Part shown: one piece after another, positions 47,387 through 58,500 of the stretch | Layout of the letters: the number at the start of each line of letters is the position of its first letter | How positions within the stretch are numbered: position 1 is the stretch's first letter | Virus record (IMG/VR): IMGVR_UViG_2974613666_000001 | Coordinates: 81,401-145,400 of that record | Source of the DNA: a virus | Lineage: Duplodnaviria > Caudoviricetes | DNA: 64,000 nucleotides | Reading direction: 5' to 3' (one strand) | Position numbers and translations under genes: made by a program | The notes under the pieces: model-generated | Seen by the model: only the letters and a program-made list of their open reading frames with translations | Told to the model about the DNA's origin: nothing | Database searches by the model: none

Positions 47387-48346
47387 TTAAGCAGTAACTC
47401 TAATTAAACCAGACTTATCTACCCACCAGCCTGGGACTTGGTAATCAATTGGTGCGCCTGGTTTATAGGTATTCTTAATTTTAGTGGGCGCTGACTTCCC
47501 TGCTGATATTTCTGGATGTAGTTTTCTAAATAGCTTGTCTGTCTCACAGAAAGTATTTTGAATATCCGCCACATTCAGAGGAATATTTAAACCATCTGCT
47601 TTAGCATAAGGATATTCCGACAAGTTAACCCATTCTAAAGCTGTTTTCGGTGCATATTCAGCATAGTCGAAGCTTACTTTACCCCCTGCGCGATGTATTA
47701 GCCCTAGCTTGAATGCTCCACGAACAGCACCAACACCTAAAGCATATAAGGGTTGAGTATCTTTAAAGCTTTCATGCCACAGCAGATCAAACACTACCTG
47801 ACTGGCTAGAAAATCCCCAATTCCCTGTATTTTGGTTAGCTGCTCAAATAGCTGTGATCCTGACCTAATATTGAGTAGTTCACCATCTATATCAAGATTT
47901 AGAGATTTAGTTAAAGCTACAGTTCTTTCAGCTATAGCCTTGGCTTTTGGCTCTCCTGGATTACCCGGAGGAACCATGTAGGCTGTAGTGTATAGCTTAC
48001 CTTCACCGGAATATTCACTAATCAACTGTGTAAATTGCTCAGGATTGAAAGTCTTTGTTTCAGGAAAATAATCTCTACTTTTAAGATATTCCCAGAAATG
48101 TATTGTTTTAAAGTGGTCAAATATAAACACTCTAAACAGTAGTTCTTCAGGTAATTGAGATCCTTTGTACATCACCTCTTTAAGCTGATACTGTGATGTA
48201 CGATCATAAATTCTCTGAATATTCGTGTATTTTGCAGTTCCTAGTTTTGGCTCTCTGTATAGAGTATCGCTCAATTTCTTGAGGAAAGCTGATTGCCGTA
48301 AACTCACAAAGTCTGTGTAATCCTTTGTTAATTCTGTTTTAGTCAT
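47387..48346 (-). CDS. 5-hmdU DNA kinase-like protein (aGPT-Pplase1 family, HhH fold)
   Basis: KYTNIQR.YDRTSQY, LFRVFIF..F, LYTTAY, IQGIGDFLA.Q...DL, G.GA.RG, DIQNTFCETDK. Confidence 0.75.
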   Translation of the reverse strand: MTKTELTKDYTDFVSLRQSAFLKKLSDTLYREPKLGTAKYTNIQRIYDRTSQYQLKEVMYKGSQLPEELLFRVFIFDHFKTIHFWEYLKSRDYFPETKTFNPEQFTQLISEYSGEGKLYTTAYMVPPGNPGEPKAKAIAERTVALTKSLNLDIDGELLNIRSGSQLFEQLTKIQGIGDFLASQVVFDLLWHESFKDTQPLYALGVGAVRGAFKLGLIHRAGGKVSFDYAEYAPKTALEWVNLSEYPYAKADGLNIPLNVADIQNTFCETDKLFRKLHPEISAGKSAPTKIKNTYKPGAPIDYQVPGWWVDKSGLIRVTA

Positions 48347-48762
48347 ATCCCTAATTTTAATGAGATTAAGAAACCTCTAGATACTCTAATCTGGAGATTG
48401 CCGTTTCTTATTCACTTGCTACCTACCCGATGCCCTACCTTTGCTTTTATCGTCATCCTCTTCATCGTCGCCAATATTGTTCACAAAGTCTAAACTTAGC
48501 ATATACCTAACCTCATCAAAAATATCAATCTTGCAGAAACGAAACAAGTAAAAGCTACTAGACACAGCAGAATCAGCATTAAATCTCTAATGCTACCTAT
48601 GTTATTGGTTTGTTGCATAATCTTGTCTACCTTGTTTCATCTATATTACTTTTACTGATGTGAAATGTCAAATATTTTAGTAATACTGCTATAGCAGTGT
48701 GCATAACTGCATGGTTATATATCTATCAAATAATGTATGATGAAAAAGGTATACATTATTTT

Positions 48763-49371
48763 ATGAAGATGACTACAAAAGTAACATTACGTGGGCGTGA
48801 GTATCAGGCAGAACACCTAACAGACATTAACATTCTGCCTATTTTAAATTTGTTCGTTGGCTCCAATGGTCGAGAACTACCTTATGTCGGTCTTGACATC
48901 TCTAAGTTAAGTCAGGAAATGAAAGCTGCTATCTCCAAACCAATCATGGATAAGCTGAGTAAGGCATCAGTGTTGGATGACCTAGCACGATCACTTACCG
49001 CGATTTTCCCTACACTCCCCCCCGATCTAGTAGCGTACAGCCGGGATAGTTTTACTTTTAATCTTGAGATTAGTGAACTTCGTGATATTGCTTTAGCAGT
49101 TGGTGCAGCAATTAACGAGAAAAACAAAGACACCACAGTTACACCAGTATCAGAAACGGTGACGGCTGAAACACTTACTCAAACCTCGACCGCAACCTAT
49201 ACTCAGCAAGATATTGATGAAAAGCAGGTTAGATTGGTTGATATAGAACAAGAGTTGACTATATTGCGAGGATTACCAGATTTCCCTGGACGTAATAGCA
49301 GAATTGATAACCTGTCTGAGGAAGAGTTATCCCTGTCAGCATGGCTTGGCAACGCTCAGAAAGTAGTGTAA
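48763..49371 (+). CDS. Hypothetical protein, candidate tail assembly chaperone
   Basis: Lies immediately upstream of the tape-measure-like gene; start uncertain; function inferred from position only. Confidence 0.4.
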   Translation: MKMTTKVTLRGREYQAEHLTDINILPILNLFVGSNGRELPYVGLDISKLSQEMKAAISKPIMDKLSKASVLDDLARSLTAIFPTLPPDLVAYSRDSFTFNLEISELRDIALAVGAAINEKNKDTTVTPVSETVTAETLTQTSTATYTQQDIDEKQVRLVDIEQELTILRGLPDFPGRNSRIDNLSEEELSLSAWLGNAQKVV

Positions 49372-49381
49372 CTACAGACAC

Positions 49382-49411
49382 AAAAAACCCACCAGACAGC
49401 TAGGTGGGTTT
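49382..49411. terminator. Hairpin terminator
   Basis: aaacccacc...ggtgggttt. Confidence 0.55.
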
Positions 49412-49559
49412 AAGTATAAATTGATAGCGGAGTAAGTAAAAGCTAACATATATATATATAGACGCTCTATTGGACTAATTACCATTGCGGTTAAAACCTC
49501 TTGCGTCGCTTCCCTCTCAATATTAGAGTGATTGAGTTTACTACTTATCAGGTGTTCTT

Positions 49560-52500
49560 ATGACTATCTCCACTATTGATAACGCGCTCCGTATAATTAG
49601 CAATAAAACGGCTGCTGCAGCATTAGAAGTTAATAAAGCTTTTAATCAATTTCCTGAAAATTTACAATTATCTTTAGATTATAGTAATAATTCTGATACA
49701 GAATCGGCTGAGACATTAGAGCAATCGGCGGGTACACAGCAACCTATTGAAAATAGTCTATTAACTTCTAATCCTTTAGCGCAAATTGATTCTACTGAAA
49801 CCCTACAACCTGACCAGATACAGTCTGAAACTGTTATCTCCCCTGAAACGCATCTGTTAAAAGATGCTAATAAGGTGCTGGTAGATTATTCTAGAAGCTC
49901 AGACAACGCTAAGCCTGACAAACCAGAACAGCTAGTCCAATCTAAGCAAGGTGAGGCAGTTAATGTATCACTATTCAGTCAGCCGGAACAGTACGAGCTA
50001 GCTGCAGAAAAATTGCAACCAACAGCAAATCCTTTACAAGTAGATATAACTGTTAACCCCATCAAGTCTGAACAGAAGTTGGATTCTGTAGCTCTAAGTA
50101 ATGGCTCATTTACCGTTGAACAACTAAGAAATTCTAACCCAACTGAGCGATCACTAGAAAATAAAGAAAATTCTCCAAAAGTTGATCAAAACCTATATCA
50201 GACTGCTAGTAACCCATCTGATGACGAGGCTCTAACTTTACCTGAAAATCTGGATGTAATTATCACTAATGGTGCTGATTTAGATACTAAATCTGACGAC
50301 GTAATAAAAGCAGATAATCAGAAGGGCTATACACCAAATATTTCTCAACCTGGGGACAGTGCTTTACCAATAGTAACCAGCACTAATAGTGTCACAGTAA
50401 ATCAGGACGCTATAGATATCACTACAGTGGGGAAAGCAGGAGGTCTAGAGCCGCATCAACTTACTGCTAATACCTTTACAGACTCATTATTACTATCCGA
50501 ACCCGCAGATTTGAGCAGCAGCACTATTATAGCCGCAACTGATAAAGTACCCAACCAAAACATAGCTTTAACCGCAACTAACCCGGCAAACGAACAGGCG
50601 GAAACCATCAGTGTATTAGGTGATGCAACTAAGGTAAACCCTGCAAACCTATCTGAAAATGTAGCCCAGATAACGACCATAGATAATTCAGGAAACATAT
50701 CAAATCAGATTACTAACCAGGCTGCAAGCGATCGTACCACTAAGAATGATGCATCTGACATTAGCACTATAGGTATAGATGTAGACGAAACAGTCAAAAG
50801 CAACCTTAATGGTACTGATATAATATCCCTGACTCCTAATAGCCGTGGCGGTGGTGTTACTGGCGGCGATCAACCTATATCTGAAGTACAATCTGGTACT
50901 CTTATTAAGTCCGATAATTCAGAGGAATCAGTTGAGAAAGTACAGGGGGTGTCAACTCCTGGTGCGCTTGCTGCTAACTTAGATGTAACACAGGAGAATC
51001 TAAACCTTTCACAGGATCTCAATAAACAAGTTGATACCACAAGCAGCCGTGAGAAGTCTACAAATTTAGACGTTGGGCTAGTGACATCAGCTTCGCCACA
51101 GTTAGTTACAAGTGCAGATGTTACGCAGTTAGTCGCCACAACCCAAGAGGCTACAGACAAGGGGGGCGCACAGCCTGATCAGTTAAATTACTATTGGACT
51201 ACTACCAATGTTGATGTAAAACAGCAGGGTAGTCAACCATCTCCAATCAGAAGCTCTCCTTTACCTACGGATAGTTCATCTCTAAGTCCCAACCCATATC
51301 TAGCGCCTGGATTCGCAATTGATGGTATAGATTACACTACTACTACTGACCAGTTGGGTGCGGTAGAGCAGCCTGATCAAACCTATGTAGGTAGTCCTAC
51401 TATATACAACCAGACTGAGCGTGCCATTAATGAAGACAGCACAGCACTCAATAATCGAGAGATATCTACTTATGAAGATAACAAATCTGTAGAAAGGCAA
51501 AAACTTGATACAGGGTTGGGTGCTGAGTCATTTAGTGCTGAAAATAGCAGCAACACACAGTCATTCACAGATGACGCAGTGCTAGTTAGGGGTACAGTTA
51601 TTATTCCCGGTAGTGACCTAAACGCTGCAGCTAATACGTATTTTGGTGCATCACAAACATCTGAATCTACATCACAATCTCTGACCACAGACGCTACTAT
51701 CAAACAGTCAAAAACCGCAGATGACCTCACACCTGCAAGTAACTTAGGCAGCTTTAACACAGCAGCAGGTGATAGCACTGAAGGTTTAGTAAATACTCTA
51801 CTTACAACCAGCCAGTCTGAGAATTATACTACATCTCAGAAATTAACAAGTGACTCAGGTATAAGTAGTAGTTCTGACGATCAGATGTTAACCAGCACAG
51901 ATACTAATAGCTCAAGCACAGTTTCAACATCACTTGCGACCAGCCAAATAGTTACTGACGGTGCTGGTACTGATTACTTCCCTAATCTCTCACCAAGCGA
52001 TCAAGCTGGTGTTAGTAATGTTGAGCAGGTTAACCTCTCTCAAATAGTGGCTGAAGTAGCTAGTGTCTCTCTTCCTAATACCACACCTAATATTGGTGAA
52101 AGTAATAGCCCAGATTATAAAACAACTTTACCTGGGCTGACTAAGATATCTAATCAGTTCGGTCAAGAGGTTTATAACACTACGCCCTTATTTAGTGACC
52201 TAAGCACATCAGATTTTCTACAGACCAGAGGGTATGCTTTTGGTGGTAAAGTTCTACCACCAATTTCTAACTCTGGGAGTAAACCTGTTGCTCCCAGTGA
52301 TACTGTTCCAGCAATGCTTACCCCTGGTGAGTTTGTGGTTAATGCTAAGGATGCACAGAAAAACTTACCACTGCTGCAACTACTCAATGAAGGTAAAAGC
52401 GTTGAAGAAGTCGTAGGTGCTGAAGAAAGGACTAAGGTAAGTCAGTCTAAGCCTGATACATCTCGCGTTCTCAAACCTACAGATTCAGCGTTCTCAGCCG

Positions 52501-55500
52501 AGTCTGTAAAAGTCCCTGTAATGTTGACTCCTGGTGAGTTCGTAATTAACTCAGAAGCAACACAGGAAAACTTAAACCTTTTACAGAATCTTAATAAAGG
52601 TAGTGATGTCACAAACAACAGTGAACAACTTACCAATTTAGAAGTCGGAAAAGCGATCGCTCCACCGCAACCCACAGTAAGTAGAGAAACTGTACAGCAA
52701 CCAACTACAGGTGAGAAAACATTACAACTTGACTCAGCAAAGACTAAGGAAACCGTTAGTACATCTAAACCACAAGAAAACCAACCCAAGTCAGTTGACA
52801 TCGCCACACTGCCTGTAGACAACGCAGCTTTAAATTCTGACCCCAACCAAGTACAGGGCTATGCTTCTGGTGGTTTAGTTACTCCCTCGTCTGGTGGTAC
52901 AGGTTCACCACCTCCTCCCCCACCTCCCACTACTGGTGGAACCCCTAGTCAACCTGGAGGCTTTGATCCACAGCAGATTCTTAGATTAGCTCAATTTACA
53001 AAACAGGCTTACGCTGAAGCAGAAGCTTTAACTAGAGCATTGGGTGTACAGGCTAATACTGTGCAAAAAGCTCTTATAGCTATGAAAGCCTTGACTGCTG
53101 CTGGGGCTGATTACACTACTCAAGTAGATTTTTTGCGTAAGGCTCTAGGTATTACGCAATCACAGTTTGATACACTAACAGCTAAACAGGAAGAGTACGC
53201 AGAAGCGCAGAAACAGGTTGAACTAAACTCTCCACAAAGAGCCAGTAAAGTAGCATCATTGGCAAAGTCCACTGGTCAGACTTTTCAAGAGGCAGATGAT
53301 CTTAGTGTTGATTTACAACTACCACCAGAAGTAATTGAAAAAGCAGTCCAATCTGTCGATAAACTGAAAAAGTCAGGGGCTGACGTTAACGAACAATTCC
53401 AGCTTCTCAATGATACTCTTGGGATTAATTTATCTCAGTTCGAGGAGATAGATAGAGTTCAGACTGAGGCTGAATTTAGGAGAATACAATCTGCTGAGGC
53501 TATAAAAAGAGCTAAAGAAGCTGCCCTAGCCATTGCCAAGGAAGAACAGGAACTTGCCAGAAGACCAGCACAAACGCTTAAACTTGCACAGGCGACCAAG
53601 CAGCCGTTCCAAGAAGCTGAACGATTTTCTCAGTCAGTCGGGTTGAATCCAGCTACTATCCTTGAAGCCTTAAATGCAATAAAGCAGTTACAACAGGCTG
53701 GGGCTAGTTTAATTGAGCAACAATCATTCTTAAATACTACTCTTGGGATAACAGACACACAATTCCAAGAGTTAATTGCTACCCAAGGCAGTTACACCGA
53801 AGATCAGAGAGCATTAGCAGAACAGACAGCTAGTGACGCACAAGCGATCGCCCAACAGCAGCAAGCCGAAAAAGAACGAATAAATGCTGCTAAAGCAGCA
53901 CAACAAAAGAATAGCGCAACTATATCACTAGCATCTTCCACAGGTTTAACTTTTGATGAAGCTGCACAGAAATCGCAGTCTATTGGACTAGATCCAGCAG
54001 CAATACAGCAAGGTTTGGCAGTTATAGATCAGTTGAATGCTGTGAATGCTGACGCTGCTACCCAATATCAGGTATTAAGCTCTAGTATTGACCTAACAGA
54101 AGACCAGTTTGCAGAATTGCAACAGCTTCAACAGGAATTAGCATCTCAGTCATCTGGTGATGGTGGTGGGTTCCTTGGTAGCCTAAGAGATAATGCTAAG
54201 GGTGTCTTTGATGGCGTATCTAAAATAGGGTTTGCTTTTCAGGGTGTTCAAGCAATAGTTGCAACGTTCAGAGCGCAATTATCCGGTGCTTATGATAAGT
54301 TAGTTCAGCAAAATGTCACTTTACAAGAGCAGTTACTAGGTACACAAGCGAGTTTAGCCGCTACTAACAAAGTAATTGCTAACGGTCTAGAAATTAAAGA
54401 TCCAACCAAAGCAATCCAAGCATTAGAAAAGCCGCTTGCAGATGCGATCGCTCGTCTTCGAGAATCTTCACTCGACCTTGTAGGCGTTACTAGTGCGGAT
54501 TTAATACCTATATTTCAGTTCATCGCTCAAGAATCAGCAAATATAGGGGCTAGTCTAAGTGATAGTTCTGACTTAACAGTGTCCTTTGCTGCTGCGATGG
54601 GTACTCTTAAAATACCACTTTTTCAGGCACAGCAGGAGATTTTAAGTATTCTCCAGGGTCAGATCAGCATGGACTCTCAGTTAGCCAAGAATATTGGCTT
54701 GAACAATGAGATGGTGAACAAGTGGAAAGCTCAGGGTGTGCTGGTTGAGAGGTTAAATGAGCGGTTAGCAGCGTTCGCATCTGGTAATAAATTAGCAGCG
54801 CAAACTATTGATGGTATTGGCTCCAACATTCAGGAAATTCTAGATGAGGTTACAAGATTAGCGGGTGAACCGTTACTAGACCCAATAGTTAAGCAGTTGG
54901 GTTTACTCTATGATTTCCTCAAAGATAATAAGGAGGAACTGGCGGCTGTAATCAGTGACGCTATTAACTTTTTCCTTACAGTTGGAGATAGTCTAGCCTT
55001 AGTAATCGAAGGATTAAAACCTGTATTTGAGTCATTAGCGTCAATTGGGTTAGATACTTTTTCTGCTGCTGGTCAGTTGGCAGCATCTGTAATCAACTCA
55101 CTAATAGCTGTTTTAGTAGCTATGACACCTGTGCTTGCTTCACTGCTGGGGATCATTTTGCCAGTAATAGAAGCACTTGCAGAATTCGCAGCTACGGATG
55201 TAGGTCAGATACTTTTGCAGGTTGTTCTTTCAGTCACATTACTCAGTAACTCCCTAGTCGTCCTTAAAGTTACCTTAGTTGCTGCAAACGTAGTCCTTAC
55301 ACTCTTCACTACTGCTCTAGCAGCAAGTGGTGGTGGTTTGGTTGGCTTTCTTGTTGCTTTAACTAAAGTTTATCCTGGGTTAGTACTATTTACGGCTATG
55401 GTCGCTAAGGCGGGTGGTGGTATCGTTGGATTCACAGCAGCTTTAGGGGCATCCTTACTGCCGATAGTTGTTGCTGCTGCTCCGTTTGTCGGGCTTGCTA

Positions 55501-58500
55501 TCGCCGTGGGTTCAGTTCTTGCCTTGATATCTGCTGGTATGGCGGAGGATAAGCAGAGAGCAATAAATGAGTATGGTAAACAGTTCAACACTGTAGCTGA
55601 TAACGCGCTCAAGACTTCACAAGCACTTAAGAACCTCAACGATACAGAAAAGATAACTGGTAAACTGACTGAGGAAGAGACTAAGAAACGCGATCAACTA
55701 AGGAAAGTTGCTGGTAATCAAGTTGAGTTGATCAAGGCTCAGGTAGCTGAACTTAAAAAATTCAACCAAGCCAACCCCAATGATCAGACTAAGGTTCAGA
55801 TATCTTTAGCCGAGCGTTATATAAAAATGCTCGAAAATCAGTCAGGTGCTACCAAAACCGCAGCTAGAGATGTTGAGGACTTGGGCAACACTTATGAGCA
55901 AATGGGTAACTTAGCACGAGATGCTCAAGCCAAACTTAATTACGACGGATTATCAAAAGCCCAGGCTGCAACCACGGCTGACTACCAAAAAGCGGCTGAT
56001 GATCTACTTAAAATTACAACTAAAGCCTACGAATTGGGGCAGTTATCTGCTACAAACTCGGCTGAAATCGGCAAGCGATCATCGGAAATAGTGATCACCC
56101 GTCTAGAACAAATCCGAGATGATACAAAGCTGACATATGAGACACAACTCGCAGCACAGCAAGAGATTACCAAAGTCAGACAGATTGAGGTTGATAAGCA
56201 GGTAGCTGGTGTTGAGATACAACAGTCTAAAATTCAGTCTTTAATATCAGGTGAAGTTGTTTCTCAGCAAGAAGGTCAACGTAGAATTTCGCTTGAGAAG
56301 GAGAAGCAGCTAAATATCCAAACCGAAGCATTACGGAAGCAACTAACTGAGGAAATAGAATTGCGCCGTAGATTGGTAGAAGGTAACTCTCAGGAAACTA
56401 AAGAGAGTATTACACGTATTCAGTCTGAAATTGCAACCATAGAAGCCAAAGGGACTGACGATAAATTATCTGAGCAAGACAGGGCAAACAAACTGAGGTT
56501 ACAGTCTGAACTTAACTATTTGCAAGAAGTAGCCAAGCAAAAGAGCTTAGTTGAGAATGTTGATAAAGAACTCATTGACAATGAGAAAAAACGTGCTGAA
56601 ATCACCAAAAAAATACGGGATGATGAAGCCGCAGGTAAGAAAGCTAACCCGGATGACGTTTCTGAAGCTAGACGTTTACGGGCTGTAACCGATCAGTTAA
56701 ATGCTAAAAAAGAATCAGCACAAGCCAGTCTGAAAGAGGAGACAAAATCACAGACTGACATTAAAAATAATATCTCCAAAAACGAAGCGGCTATTGCATC
56801 CGAACAGAAAGCGAGGCTAGATGCTAGTAGACAAGAACGCTTAAAAGACTATGATGAGCAGTTGCAAGAAACTGACTCACTTTACAGTCGTTATCTAATT
56901 ACTCAGGAAGAATTTAATTTAAAATCCCGTGATTTAGCCGTTGCCAAAGCTAAGGATGAACTTAATCAACTGAGTGAACTAGCTAAAACCACCACAGACA
57001 AGGAAGGACTAGAAGTGATTGGTGCTAAACAGTCTGTTCTGTTCAAGGAGATAGAAGACATTGAGGAGAAATATTTAGCTGACAGGGCAAAAAACAAGCA
57101 AACGTTCCTTGATGTCGAACTTAAACAACTAGAGGCGAACTATGCTGAGGGTAATGTTTCTACAGCAGAGTATAATGATCAGTCTTTTGAGCTTGCCCGG
57201 GAAAGGACTACTAATGAAATAGCCGAGATTAATCGTATTCGGGCTTATACTAGGTCAGATGATGCAGTTAGGCTCGCTGAACTTGATGCAAGAGAAGCAG
57301 AGGTGCGATCACGGTTCCAGGCTAGTCAAGAAAAGCTTCGCCAAGAGCAAGTATCACAGCTAGAACTGGCTCAGAAGGAATCCTTGCAAGTAGTCAAAGA
57401 ATCTGAGATCGAGCGCTTAACCACTATAAGTCAGTTGGAGTCAGACTTAGCCATTAAACGTGAGGAAGCTGACGTACTAAAAGGTGAGGCTGCAAGAGAG
57501 ACGGCTGAGGCTGAAATCGAACTTGAGAAAGAGAAATTAGACCAGCTTGAGGCGCTACAACCTCTAGATAATGAGCAGATGGAGCGTGAGCGTTTACTCA
57601 ACCTCGCTGGATTACGTTTATCTATTGCACAGCGTACTAAGTCATTAATTGATGATGAGGTGCAGCAGCGTGAACGTTTATATAACGTCATTGCTGACAG
57701 GCTAAGTAAAGAACAGAAGCAACTTCAGAATATTGCTACTGAAAAACAGCAAGCAATTCAAAAGGAGACACAGTTACAAAGCTTCCTTAAAACCTCGCTA
57801 GACCAGCAAAACCAGTTACTCAACGCTAGAAAGGACTTAGTTAGTAGTACCCAAAACTTCCTTACTGGTCAATTAAGTATCTTAAGTCAGACTACTAAGA
57901 ATAGCCGTGAACAAAAAGCCATAGCGGAGGCTGAGGCTCAAATCAGATTAAACTCAGTTCAGTCCCAGTTTGAGACAGAAAGATTATTACTTGATCTTAA
58001 GATCCAGCAGCGCGATTTGGCTTTAGAACAGCAGAAGATACAACTAGAATCTCAAGCCATAGCCGCTCAAGCTGAGGGGAAACAAGCTGAGATAGAGTTG
58101 AGAAAACTGGAGGCTAGAAGGAAGCAAGGGCTGAGGGTAAGCGACGATGAGTTTGAAATTGCGAGATTAAATATTGAAGGTAATCAAATAAAACAATCGG
58201 GTATTGCACAACAACAAGTCGGACTGGAAAGACAGGGGCAAATTAACCAAGTTCTAGATCAACAAGAATTACTCAAGTTAAACCGTGAGGAGGTGCTGGC
58301 AAGTGACAAAGCTAGGTTAGATTTAGCTAATAACAGAGTTAGGCGATCTGATAGGCGGAGGGATATCCGTGAGTTGAGAGAGGATATTGGCGAAAGGTTG
58401 GATGTAGAGAACTTATCTGGTGAGGGTATCTCTAGAAAGAAAATTGTGGCATTAGGGAGGAATTTTGACCCCGGCAGATTGCAGTTGCCGAGGCTACTAG

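Larger units (their letters stand above)
9525..54451. repeat. Dispersed HIP1 octamers (GCGATCGC)
   Basis: Perfect copies at 9525, 13200, 16408, 19437, 21179, 22685, 28420, 28809, 29787, 30272, 31593, 32563, 35357, 42881, 47129, 52653, 53844, 54444. Confidence 0.95.
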
